A stretch of DNA of 64,000 nt from a virus, in the IMG/VR virus record IMGVR_UViG_3300042695_002264, positions 106,519 to 170,518 of that record; one strand, written 5' to 3'. A model generated the notes under the pieces. It had not been told where the DNA came from, did not search any database, and worked only from the letters and a program-made list of their open reading frames with translations. Position 1 is the stretch's first letter; each line of letters opens with the position of its first letter. The position numbers were made by a program, and so were the translations under genes. Below are positions 1 to 8,582 of this stretch, one piece after another.

Positions 1-578
1 TTGTATGGTCTTGTTTCGGCTAGTTTCCTAACTTGATTGCGGCATTCTTCTTGAGGCCAAGAGCATAAATTAGGAACAATGGCCCATTTATCAGCTAATA
101 ATTTTCTATTATTGTCGCTTGGGGGCCAAGAGCTTGGAATATTTAAAAATGGTATTTCTAAATCATAATAATACGCAATATTTGCTTCATTTAATCTAAA
201 TAAAAAATCCATATCTTCTTGACCGCCGCCGACAAATCTTTCATCAAAAAACCCTACCCTTCTTATAGTTTCTTTATGTATGCCAAAAAAACCAAGAGCA
301 TATAGGCCAACCAGCCCATAGCCAGATCTAAGTAATTGAATTATTTTATAAAAACTTTTGGATGATTCTGGTCTAGCCTTATCCGATAAGAATATGCAAT
401 ATTCTGATTTAGAGCTTAAAATAGATTGATTCATCATCTCGGAATAACTTTTGGGGTTATTTGGAGTAAATAAATCAAAATTTATATCAGGGGTTGAGCG
501 TATTAATTCGTCCGCCAAATGTTGCCTATTGGAGTTAATTGTGCAAGAAAATAAAGTCTCGTTAAAAAAATTATTCAT
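1..578 (-). CDS. GT-A fold glycosyltransferase (GT2/GT7-like), 3'-truncated by window edge; not in the ORF track
   Basis: My manual translation from ATG at 578 (MNNFFNETLFSCTINS...) stays open to the window edge and contains GFFDERFVGGGQEDMDFLFRL, the typical GT2/GT7 C-terminal motif. Confidence 0.75.
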   Translation of the reverse strand, partial: MNNFFNETLFSCTINSNRQHLADELIRSTPDINFDLFTPNNPKSYSEMMNQSILSSKSEYCIFLSDKARPESSKSFYKIIQLLRSGYGLVGLYALGFFGIHKETIRRVGFFDERFVGGGQEDMDFLFRLNEANIAYYYDLEIPFLNIPSSWPPSDNNRKLLADKWAIVPNLCSWPQEECRNQVRKLAETRPY

Positions 579-1785
579 AAACTTTTATTTCTGGTAATGG
601 AATGATCCATTTGCCATTAAAATTTTTATTTCTTTTTATTATTTCATCAATAAAAGTATACGCAAAGCATAGGATATAGTCTGGCGGATCTGTATTTAAA
701 ATTTCAGAATTTACTATTGGTATATGATTATTTGGAGTAAAACATCCAACTTTTAAAGGCGCATCATCAATAATTAGTGGTATCTCAGACTTATTTATAT
801 TATAAAATGCCATAAGTGTATTTGCTTGGCCAGAAGCTCCATATCCATAAATTTTTTTATTTTCACTTTTGAGTCTAGATATCAAAGATTTAAGTTCAGC
901 GCCAAGAGACTTTACATTATCAGAATAATCAAGATATGTATTGATATCATAAAGTTTTAAATCAATCTCCTCTTTTTCTAAAGATGATACGCTATCTTTA
1001 ATTTCGTATGCTCCATTATGGCAAATATAATAGCGTACAGATCCGCCGTGTATGTCAATATGTTTAACATCGAATATTGATAAATCAAACTGATCCATTA
1101 AATATTTCATAGCTTTAAGGCTATAATAATACATATGCTCATGATATATGAAAGGAAATTGAAAATTTTTAATAATATTTCCAAGCCAATGTACCTCTAT
1201 AATCGCTACCCCTTCGCTAGATAATAATTTTTTAATTCCAAAAGTAACATCTTTAATATTTTCGATATGGGCAAAGCAGTTGCTGGCGCTTATAATATCT
1301 GCCGTTCCATGTTCAGAACTTATTTTATCTGCAAGGCTACTATTAAAGCATGTGTTATACAGTATAGTACCATCTGGTTGAAAGTTTTTTGCAACATTGC
1401 TTGGGTCTACGCCAATAATTTTTTCATACTGTGTGCCTATCAGATTGCCAAGCATAGAAAAATCATTGCAACCAATTTCAACTATATTTTTATTATTTTT
1501 TGCTGACTTATATTCATTTGCCATTTCACCAAAATGAATTTTAAGAGTATTTATTGATCCTGTTTTGTAGAAATAATCGCTAAATAAAACTTCTGGAGAA
1601 ATTACTTCATTCACTTGGACTAAAGAGCTTTCTGGGCAAAAAGAGACTGTTAGCGGATATTTAGATTCTGTTTTACATGACCCTTCATCTTTTAAAAATC
1701 CACCAGCCAATGCCGTATCGAAAGAAAAAAATGTTATTAAATTTTTTGATTCAGAAATTCTGCAATGATTATATTTTTTATACAT
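571..1785 (-). CDS. SAM-dependent NDP-hexose C-methyltransferase (TcaB9/NovU-like)
   Basis: Motifs YPLxVxFC..LVQ, FSDYFY, VEIGCND, IYHEHxYYYS, HGGSVR, GYGASG, IIPLP. Confidence 0.85.
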   Translation of the reverse strand: MYKKYNHCRISESKNLITFFSFDTALAGGFLKDEGSCKTESKYPLTVSFCPESSLVQVNEVISPEVLFSDYFYKTGSINTLKIHFGEMANEYKSAKNNKNIVEIGCNDFSMLGNLIGTQYEKIIGVDPSNVAKNFQPDGTILYNTCFNSSLADKISSEHGTADIISASNCFAHIENIKDVTFGIKKLLSSEGVAIIEVHWLGNIIKNFQFPFIYHEHMYYYSLKAMKYLMDQFDLSIFDVKHIDIHGGSVRYYICHNGAYEIKDSVSSLEKEEIDLKLYDINTYLDYSDNVKSLGAELKSLISRLKSENKKIYGYGASGQANTLMAFYNINKSEIPLIIDDAPLKVGCFTPNNHIPIVNSEILNTDPPDYILCFAYTFIDEIIKRNKNFNGKWIIPLPEIKVYE

Positions 1786-2578
1786 AGGATCCTAGTGATA
1801 TTTTTTGTCTAAATTGTTGAATTGAAATTCCTGCTTTTAACTGAAAGTTTTCTAAATTATTTTCATTTTTAAGTTCTTGTGGAAGCCTCTTCATTGAAGC
1901 AGAAGATGTGTGAAAAACAAAGGATTTATTTGAGCAAATATGTTTAAAGTTAAATCCGTGCAATTTCCATAGGTTGTAGGCAAACATATCATCGCGTCCG
2001 TACCCGCTACGAAAAGTCATATCCCATTCTCCAGAATATCCACCAATAGAGAGATAATCTTTGGATTTTACGCATATTGGGTGACAATATGATATGATCA
2101 TTTTGTCTTGATTGTAAAGATTGTTACTCCATTTGCCAATGAATACGTTGTAGGTTTCAATAGAAATTTCTGATTTTAAATCTGTATCCACAACAACGCA
2201 TGGGTTATTGCTGTAAAAATTTTCCACAAGCATACATGAAGATGATGCTGGGTAATTTTTTTCTATAATTTGAATCAGATCATCTGCAAAATCTAGACAA
2301 AAAAGCATATCATCATTGGTGTTTAAAAAATATTCAGAATTCTCTATAAATGGCTTTAAATAATCTATTGCCAATACGCCTCTGTTTTCTGGAACAGCAA
2401 CGAATGGTATTTTCAAATTTAAAAGAAAATCTATCGACTCTATATCGGCCTCATTTAAAACAACAGCAATCCCGTCTTTGCTAAAATCAAGGCTTTGCAT
2501 TATTGAAAAAATACAACCCTTTAAAAGATTTGGGTTATTCCAAGAGCATAATCCAACTAATAATCTTTTTTTATGCAT
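1778..2578 (-). CDS. Glycosyltransferase, GT2-like
   Basis: PENRG, LNTNDDM (DxD-like), IGGYS..GYGRDD; start placed at MHKKRLL, overlapping the upstream stop. Confidence 0.7.
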   Translation of the reverse strand: MHKKRLLVGLCSWNNPNLLKGCIFSIMQSLDFSKDGIAVVLNEADIESIDFLLNLKIPFVAVPENRGVLAIDYLKPFIENSEYFLNTNDDMLFCLDFADDLIQIIEKNYPASSSCMLVENFYSNNPCVVVDTDLKSEISIETYNVFIGKWSNNLYNQDKMIISYCHPICVKSKDYLSIGGYSGEWDMTFRSGYGRDDMFAYNLWKLHGFNFKHICSNKSFVFHTSSASMKRLPQELKNENNLENFQLKAGISIQQFRQKISLGSYV

Positions 2579-3329
2579 ATGTATCATTGTATATTGTTGG
2601 CGGCAATTGGCCAGATTTTTTATAAAAATCTTTATTAATTTCAACACAATTTTTTAAAGGATTCCAATTGTAAGAGCATGCGCCAAAATGTGCCTCTTGG
2701 TATTCTATTTTATTCTTGCTTCTCTCATTATTAAGCCAAGTCATATGTTTTACATGAATATTATTTTTAGGAATAATTATGCTAGAAAGCTGCTTATAAT
2801 CTACAGGCGCTCCATCTTTATTGCTATATAAAATATCATTATCCCAATAAAATTTATCAATAGTATAATTTTGATATGTTTTTTTGAATAATCTCGGCGG
2901 ACAAAAACCATCTATCCAAGATTTTTCATCAAATATATAATTTTTAAAATTAATTTTGGCCCAAGCAACCCAGCTAAAATCATCTCCATTTATAAAGTTT
3001 AGTAAACTTTCTATTTCTTTTTCTGTATAAAACTCATCTATATCTAAAATAAGAAACGTATCAGTGTTTGTATTTTGTTTTAAAAATTCCAATGGAACAT
3101 TTCTAGCATTATGTTCGTTTACAATATTTTCATTATTATGAAATATATGACTATCTGGAATAAACTTGCTAAGCTCGTCTAGGCACGGTTTATTGTTTTG
3201 TTTTTGAAAATTTTCGAATTGAAAGCTGGCACATGCAGTTGGTATATTAAAATTCTTCCAAGGAGATAGGCATGGCTGCACATACTCTTCAAGGGCGTAA
3301 GCTGACAGTATAATGGCTAAATTTCTCAT
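2571..3329 (-). CDS. Glycosyltransferase, GT-A fold
   Basis: EHNARN, LILDIDEFY (DxDE), PRLF, HVKH. Confidence 0.7.
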   Translation of the reverse strand: MRNLAIILSAYALEEYVQPCLSPWKNFNIPTACASFQFENFQKQNNKPCLDELSKFIPDSHIFHNNENIVNEHNARNVPLEFLKQNTNTDTFLILDIDEFYTEKEIESLLNFINGDDFSWVAWAKINFKNYIFDEKSWIDGFCPPRLFKKTYQNYTIDKFYWDNDILYSNKDGAPVDYKQLSSIIIPKNNIHVKHMTWLNNERSKNKIEYQEAHFGACSYNWNPLKNCVEINKDFYKKSGQLPPTIYNDTYA

Positions 3330-4117
3330 ATATCTAATCCATGTTTGAAGTATTCGTCTTTAAAATCAGACTCTTGAGTGTTTAATACAACATCTCTTCC
3401 ACTATAGCCTGACCATTCGTTTTGCCAAAAATTTTTATTAATCTCTCCTCGCCTGCTTAAATCTTGATATCCGTAGTGGATAACAAATGGTATTTGTAAT
3501 GTTTTTAGAATTTCTATTGGAGATTTATGTTTAAAGTCTGGATGATGTGTAATATTTATAGATTTGCACAAATTGCCCAGTTCGTCTATTAGCTCGCAAC
3601 CATCGCTTTTATCTTTATCAAATTTACCATCAGATCTTCTTGCAAAATTAACAATGCCTCTATGCATACCCTTTTTTCTATGGATATACCATTTTGTGCC
3701 TATATCTCTATAGTGATTTTTATCCTTATAAAGGTTAATAACGGGAATCATAAAAGCATATCCATCTAAAATTATATCTTTATTGACCTTGATAAAGTTT
3801 TTCCAAATATTTGGATCATTAATTCTTTCATCTCCGTCAAGTTGAACACATATATCATTTGAGCAATTTTGAAGGGCAATATTCTTTAGCTTTCCATCTT
3901 TAGCAAATGTTGTAGAATTTGCATCATAACTCATAAATACTTTAACTTTGCTATTGTTGTTTGCAATATTTTGTAATATGTCTTGTGTATTGTCTTCATT
4001 ATCAGGTATTGTGGCAATACAAATCTCGTCAGCTAATTGAGAAAAATTTTCTATAGCAGAATTTATATCAAACTTATTCTTTTCTATATTGAACGCTGTT
4101 GTATAAATTGATATCAT
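3326..4117 (-). CDS. Glycosyltransferase, GT2-like
   Basis: ADEICIA, KNIALQNC, QLDGDERI, VIHYGY; start placed at MISIYTT. Confidence 0.75.
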   Translation of the reverse strand: MISIYTTAFNIEKNKFDINSAIENFSQLADEICIATIPDNEDNTQDILQNIANNNSKVKVFMSYDANSTTFAKDGKLKNIALQNCSNDICVQLDGDERINDPNIWKNFIKVNKDIILDGYAFMIPVINLYKDKNHYRDIGTKWYIHRKKGMHRGIVNFARRSDGKFDKDKSDGCELIDELGNLCKSINITHHPDFKHKSPIEILKTLQIPFVIHYGYQDLSRRGEINKNFWQNEWSGYSGRDVVLNTQESDFKDEYFKHGLDI

Positions 4118-4119
4118 AA

Positions 4120-4908
4120 TTAATCCCAATACTTAAAAACATGCGCTTTCCATCCTTCAGGGACTATATTATCACATTTTTTTGTAGATAAAATTTCTTT
4201 CCATTGATCTTCTGAAAATGGATAGTATGTATGTTTCATCCTGACATCTCCCGATACTATGCTAACAACCTTTGTATCAGTTCTATGCCTCCATACTGTT
4301 CCATCTTTTTCTTGGCGTACGCTCCATTTGCCACAATCTGCAAAAATAGGATAATTTTTACCATTATGGCTTATATAAATAGATTTATATTTTAAATTAT
4401 TTTCTTTTATATAATTTTGGATACACTCCTCGGTCCATTTGATTTCACTCCATGGGCCTGGACCACCAATACTCTTTGGTATTTTATTGTAGAATGATGG
4501 ACTTATAAACTGAGCCCTTTCTGAATAGTTGCCATGTCCTTGGTTACCAGCAAGATCTATATAAGCGTACCTATCGTTTTCAATAAGTTTTACCATTGAT
4601 TCAATAAAATTATCATCAATTACTGCTAATTGAAGCTGGTCTACTTGTATATAGAATGCATAATCGGCAAAGGATTGAGCAAATAGCTGTATTGTTCCTG
4701 CGCCGCAACCATTATTTCGGCTATTAACTATAAGATCATCTATTAACCCATCCTGCTTGAACTTCTCTGAATATCTCTCGGAAGATCCATTATCTAAATA
4801 TGTAATTTTATAATCAAACTTAGAATTTGATCTTATACTATTTAATAAGTTTTTGGCTTCATCTGGCCTATTATAGTCAAGTATAAGATACTCAATAACA
4901 TATTTCAT
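4120..4908 (-). CDS. Glycosyltransferase, GT2-like
   Basis: LDYNRP, YLDNGS, NNGCGAG. Confidence 0.7.
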   Translation of the reverse strand: MKYVIEYLILDYNRPDEAKNLLNSIRSNSKFDYKITYLDNGSSERYSEKFKQDGLIDDLIVNSRNNGCGAGTIQLFAQSFADYAFYIQVDQLQLAVIDDNFIESMVKLIENDRYAYIDLAGNQGHGNYSERAQFISPSFYNKIPKSIGGPGPWSEIKWTEECIQNYIKENNLKYKSIYISHNGKNYPIFADCGKWSVRQEKDGTVWRHRTDTKVVSIVSGDVRMKHTYYPFSEDQWKEILSTKKCDNIVPEGWKAHVFKYWD

Positions 4909-5294
4909 GTAGTTATTTTTAATCCAGTTTTCTTTTCTAACTTCTTAATTCTTTCTTTTCGTTCTTTTTGAACTACTTCTGGATGTTTTGCGCCATGCCT
5001 CTTTGCGGAATAGTCTTTATAATATTTTTTTCTAATAGGATCATTAAACCCGCCACGCTTTTCGCTTAATTCCCTAGAATAGTCCTGAATATCTCCTATG
5101 GTGCCTCTCATTTTTCCAGTCTTCTCTATAAAAGAGTTTTCAGAAGAAATATTTGTATCTATAGAGGCATTTGGAGAGTAGTAAATTCTTCTTAATTTTT
5201 TTCCATTGTGATAATATTCATGAACGTCATTCATGCCCTGAACTATATCATGAACTTCGCCACTATCATCATCAATGTAAGAATATATTGGCAT
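4905..5294 (-). CDS. FmdB-like small regulatory protein (cysteine-less variant)
   Basis: N-terminus MPIYSY...GE...LRRIY resembles the FmdB zinc-ribbon MPxYxY start but lacks the Cys residues. Confidence 0.45.
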   Translation of the reverse strand: MPIYSYIDDDSGEVHDIVQGMNDVHEYYHNGKKLRRIYYSPNASIDTNISSENSFIEKTGKMRGTIGDIQDYSRELSEKRGGFNDPIRKKYYKDYSAKRHGAKHPEVVQKERKERIKKLEKKTGLKITT

Positions 5295-5515
5295 TATTTA
5301 TAGTCTTTGCTATTTCTTATAATTTCACACTTTGGGGTAACTCTTCTCCAAGAGCCATCTGGCATAATTTTATAAGATCTATCAGAGTGTTTAATAAGAT
5401 TTCCAGAGTTTTCTTTTAAGAAATCATTTCTAGTATGTTCAGCAAGTTTCTGCTTTAACTCCTCTTTATGCTTATTGTATTTTTGAATTTCTTTATTTTT
5501 ACTTTTTGATCCCAT
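5294..5515 (-). CDS. Hypothetical basic protein
   Basis: ORF fills the operon gap, with a TAATG stop/start overlap into the next gene. Confidence 0.55.
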   Translation of the reverse strand: MGSKSKNKEIQKYNKHKEELKQKLAEHTRNDFLKENSGNLIKHSDRSYKIMPDGSWRRVTPKCEIIRNSKDYK

Positions 5516-5516
5516 A

Positions 5517-6593
5517 TTATTTTATACTTTCTAGTATTTGACTGGTAGTTTTTTCCCAAGTAAATTCTTCTTGGAGTTTTAGCCCATTTTCATTTACAGG
5601 ATTAGATTTTACCTTTTCGATTGCTGCATCACATGCGTCAATAAATTCACTTGATGAAAAATCAAAAATATTACCTTGATTAAATGGCTGACCCTCTCTA
5701 AAGAAAATATTATCATATGCTGGAATTTTACCATTTGGAGTTACGCAAACAGAATTTTCTTCGTTCATCCAATCTTTATATCCATGAGCTTTTAGCCCAA
5801 CGCAATGCTTTCCAAGAGCAACAGAAGTGAATTCTGGTAACCCCCATGTTTCACCACCAGACATAGCAATTATAATGTGATTTGCATTTAAAAATTTATT
5901 ATAATCCGCGTTGTTGGGCATCCATGGCAGAAAATTGATATTAAAATAACTTTTACCCTCTAATGCCTGAGATATCATTGCGCTTTGATCTTCTGGCTTC
6001 AAGAAATTATTAAAAATGGCACAATTTAAATAAACATCATGCCTATTTCCATATTTTTTTGCCCATGCATTTAAAATTTTGAGGTGATGCTTTCTTTTTT
6101 CTAGTTTTCCAGCCAGACCAAAGCATATTCGATTGTCAGGATAGTTAATATTTTCAATTTTAAATGTATTTGAATCAAAACCAAGGGGTATGGCCTTACA
6201 ATTAATATCAAAATTAGAAAAAAGATTTGCGTAATGCTTTGATGGGACAAATACCATTTCTTGATTTTTCAAAATATTAAGCTCACGCGCAGTTGGGCTA
6301 TCCAACTCATAAAAAGTATAGAGATATTGTTTTTCTGAAACACTTTCTAGACTTCCGGTAATATGCCATAATTTTAGAACAGGATTCTTTTTAGAATGGG
6401 TTTCTTCTGATTTAATAGAGTTTGAAACAATCCAATTCACAAAATCATTTTCTGATTCAAGCATCGAATGATCAGGTTGACCTATATGAAATATAGATGG
6501 GTTTATTTGCTTTTTAAAAATCTCTCTAGCAATATTATTTGAACATTGACCCAAGCTAGTCTGATTGAATGGAAAATTTATAGCGAATTTCAT
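5517..6593 (-). CDS. Glycosyltransferase, GT4 (GT-B)
   Basis: VFVPSKH, IPLGFD, KLEKRK, MSGGETWGLP (E-x-W-G-L-P motif). Confidence 0.85.
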   Translation of the reverse strand: MKFAINFPFNQTSLGQCSNNIAREIFKKQINPSIFHIGQPDHSMLESENDFVNWIVSNSIKSEETHSKKNPVLKLWHITGSLESVSEKQYLYTFYELDSPTARELNILKNQEMVFVPSKHYANLFSNFDINCKAIPLGFDSNTFKIENINYPDNRICFGLAGKLEKRKHHLKILNAWAKKYGNRHDVYLNCAIFNNFLKPEDQSAMISQALEGKSYFNINFLPWMPNNADYNKFLNANHIIIAMSGGETWGLPEFTSVALGKHCVGLKAHGYKDWMNEENSVCVTPNGKIPAYDNIFFREGQPFNQGNIFDFSSSEFIDACDAAIEKVKSNPVNENGLKLQEEFTWEKTTSQILESIK

Positions 6594-6598
6594 AAACG

Positions 6599-6626
6599 AT
6601 AATATTTAAATGATTTGAAAAATCTA
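6599..6626 (-). promoter_or_regulatory. sigma70-like promoter TAGATT-N16-TATTAT, 5 nt before the GT4 ATG (leaderless)
   Basis: Read directly from sequence; lies just downstream of a terminator. Confidence 0.5.
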
Positions 6627-6635
6627 AAAAATAAA

Positions 6636-6656
6636 AGCCCAATTTTAGGTTGGGCT
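6636..6656 (-). terminator. Rho-independent terminator
   Basis: AGCCCAA-loop-TTGGGCT hairpin followed by a T-run on the minus strand, after the 6683-6973 gene. Confidence 0.75.
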
Positions 6657-6682
6657 CTTATTTGATTTATAGATAGTTAGAA

Positions 6683-6973
6683 TTAAAACGGAATATCGTC
6701 TTGATTATCTACCTCTTGAGAACTCTCTGACTGTTGTGGCTTTTTAGCCTTCGATTCAGGTTTAAGATCCTCCGATAGGTCGGAGAGTGTCAATCGGTAA
6801 TCAGGCTGGTTTGGCTTTGTCTTATTATTTTTAAAAATAAAAGCAGTATATTCGCCAGAACCAATCTTTACCTTTCCCGAAAGGAATTGTTTTCCATTTT
6901 TTTCTTTTTTCCAGAAGGCACCAACATCTGTTAGATCTGATGCATTATTACTTTTTTGCTTTGTATCGCTCAT
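6683..6973 (-). CDS. Small SSB-like / DUF736-like protein with DDIPF tail
   Basis: GAFWKK..GKQFLSG...NQPDYRL core; acidic tail ending in DDIPF (canonical SSB C-terminal peptide). Confidence 0.6.
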   Translation of the reverse strand: MSDTKQKSNNASDLTDVGAFWKKEKNGKQFLSGKVKIGSGEYTAFIFKNNKTKPNQPDYRLTLSDLSEDLKPESKAKKPQQSESSQEVDNQDDIPF

Positions 6974-6978
6974 AGTTT

Positions 6979-7578
6979 TTATACTATATCTAGATTTGAT
7001 GTAGATTTCAATTTATTTTTCAAAAATGAAATAAATTTGTCATGCCAGTTTACAACTGTCTGTGTAGAAACCCCAAAATGATCAGCTATTTCTTTGAAGG
7101 TTTTTACTTTATTGCCTTCAGTAAAATATCTCATTTTTATTACTTCCTTTGCTGTTTCGTCTGATGACATGCTGATTATATTTTTAATATGTGATAGTAT
7201 ATCATTATCTTTTGCCTGATATGAGGCCTCTTCATTAGAGTACTGATCAGCCAAATATTTTAAAACATCGCTGTCCATTGTTGATTCTTTTTTGTACTGA
7301 TTGCATGCATTGAGACATGCATAAGTTACAATATTACCAAGCCAAGTTGAAAACTTCGCGCCAAATGATGGATCGAATGTTTTAGCTGCTTGATAAATAA
7401 GCGAATCTTTTTGCTCCTCAACGTCTTTTGCAATAGTTGAAGTGTTATTATGAAAATACTTGTTATATATTTTGTAACATATTCCAGAATGCCTATCAAT
7501 AAGGATTGACAGTGCGTCCTGACTTGCTTGATTCCTTACCATGTCGGCCAGATCGTTATCTTGTAGTTTATTAATCAT
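6979..7578 (-). CDS. Phage RNA polymerase sigma factor (sigma70 family)
   Basis: Region 2 (IYQAAKTFDPSFGAKFSTWL) and region 4 HTH (VIKMRY..TFKEIADHFGVSTQTV); start placed at MINKLQ. Confidence 0.85.
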   Translation of the reverse strand: MINKLQDNDLADMVRNQASQDALSILIDRHSGICYKIYNKYFHNNTSTIAKDVEEQKDSLIYQAAKTFDPSFGAKFSTWLGNIVTYACLNACNQYKKESTMDSDVLKYLADQYSNEEASYQAKDNDILSHIKNIISMSSDETAKEVIKMRYFTEGNKVKTFKEIADHFGVSTQTVVNWHDKFISFLKNKLKSTSNLDIV

Positions 7579-7703
7579 AATGAATTTTATAAAAACGCCT
7601 AGCGTTTTTGCGGCCTTTGGCCGCATTTATTTTTTTGTTCTAACATAAATTAATATTTAACATGTTTTGTTTGAAAAAGCAATATATTTTTTTATTATCT
7701 GTC

Positions 7704-8084
7704 ATGGATATCTACTCAATACTCCTTATTTCAATAACAATATCAATGATTCTTTACTATGTGTATGAGACGAATGTTTTGTGGGAATATTTAAATAAAA
7801 TTTCTGATTTATTAAATTTTAATGGATCTAATAAGATTTTTTGCGGCATACTTTTGGTTAAGGCATATCCTAGCAGTGAAGAGCCAAACTATTTACAGTT
7901 TATTAATAAAATATATAATACTTTTACAACAAGACTACTATCGTGCCCAATATGTTTAGGATTTTGGATATGTCTAATCGCTGGTGTATTATCTGATATT
8001 ATTTTAGTGCCAACCTTTGCTTTTATTTCTCTAACAATGTATTACTTTATAAAAATTTTGACAAAACTATCTGCAAAAATATAA
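7704..8084 (+). CDS. Membrane protein, DUF1360-like (LLSCPICLGFW)
   Basis: Hydrophobic segments and a CxxC-xGFW motif; start placed at MDIYS, just after a TATTAT -10. Confidence 0.5.
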   Translation: MDIYSILLISITISMILYYVYETNVLWEYLNKISDLLNFNGSNKIFCGILLVKAYPSSEEPNYLQFINKIYNTFTTRLLSCPICLGFWICLIAGVLSDIILVPTFAFISLTMYYFIKILTKLSAKI

Positions 8085-8085
8085 T
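8058..8085 (+). promoter_or_regulatory. Consensus sigma70 promoter TTGACA-N16-TATAAT, 5 nt before ATG 8091
   Basis: Both hexamers are perfect consensus. Confidence 0.75.
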
Positions 8086-8090
8086 CCCTT

Positions 8091-8582
8091 ATGAAAAGCA
8101 TATCGTACTATAAACCAAATAGTCAAAACAAAGGTTCTGCTGCTCAATTTCAATTTGGAGCCAAAGAAAATGACTATGGCCTTTACCTTGGCATTGTTAA
8201 GCAATTCGGGTGGAATAGCCAATCGAAGCGCGGATCATTTTCTGAAAACTCAAAAAATCCACTAAAAAATAAAAAAATCAAGTTCAACAATACAGAGGCA
8301 TCTGCAATGTGTAGGGTGATAGAATCATCTTCTGAAAAATGGTCAACGGTGCATAAAAGTGAAACTAAAACCACCTCAATATCATTCTCTCACTATATCA
8401 AGGATGGCATAAAGTTGGGGTATGGCCTTTCTATAAGCGAAAAGGATGGAGAGGCATTCATGATTGGATTCAATAATGATGAAGGTTATTTACTTAAAGA
8501 ATTTTTAAAATCATATATTTTATTTACTTTCGATAAAAATAATGTTAATGATAGTGAAAATAAAAAACAATCAAATTTTTAA
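8091..8582 (+). CDS. Putative Whirly/PC4-like ssDNA-binding protein
   Basis: Apparent duplicated beta4-alpha pattern (YK..KGSAAQF ... KFNNTEAS ... GYGLSIS ... FNNDEGYLL). Confidence 0.4.
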   Translation: MKSISYYKPNSQNKGSAAQFQFGAKENDYGLYLGIVKQFGWNSQSKRGSFSENSKNPLKNKKIKFNNTEASAMCRVIESSSEKWSTVHKSETKTTSISFSHYIKDGIKLGYGLSISEKDGEAFMIGFNNDEGYLLKEFLKSYILFTFDKNNVNDSENKKQSNF

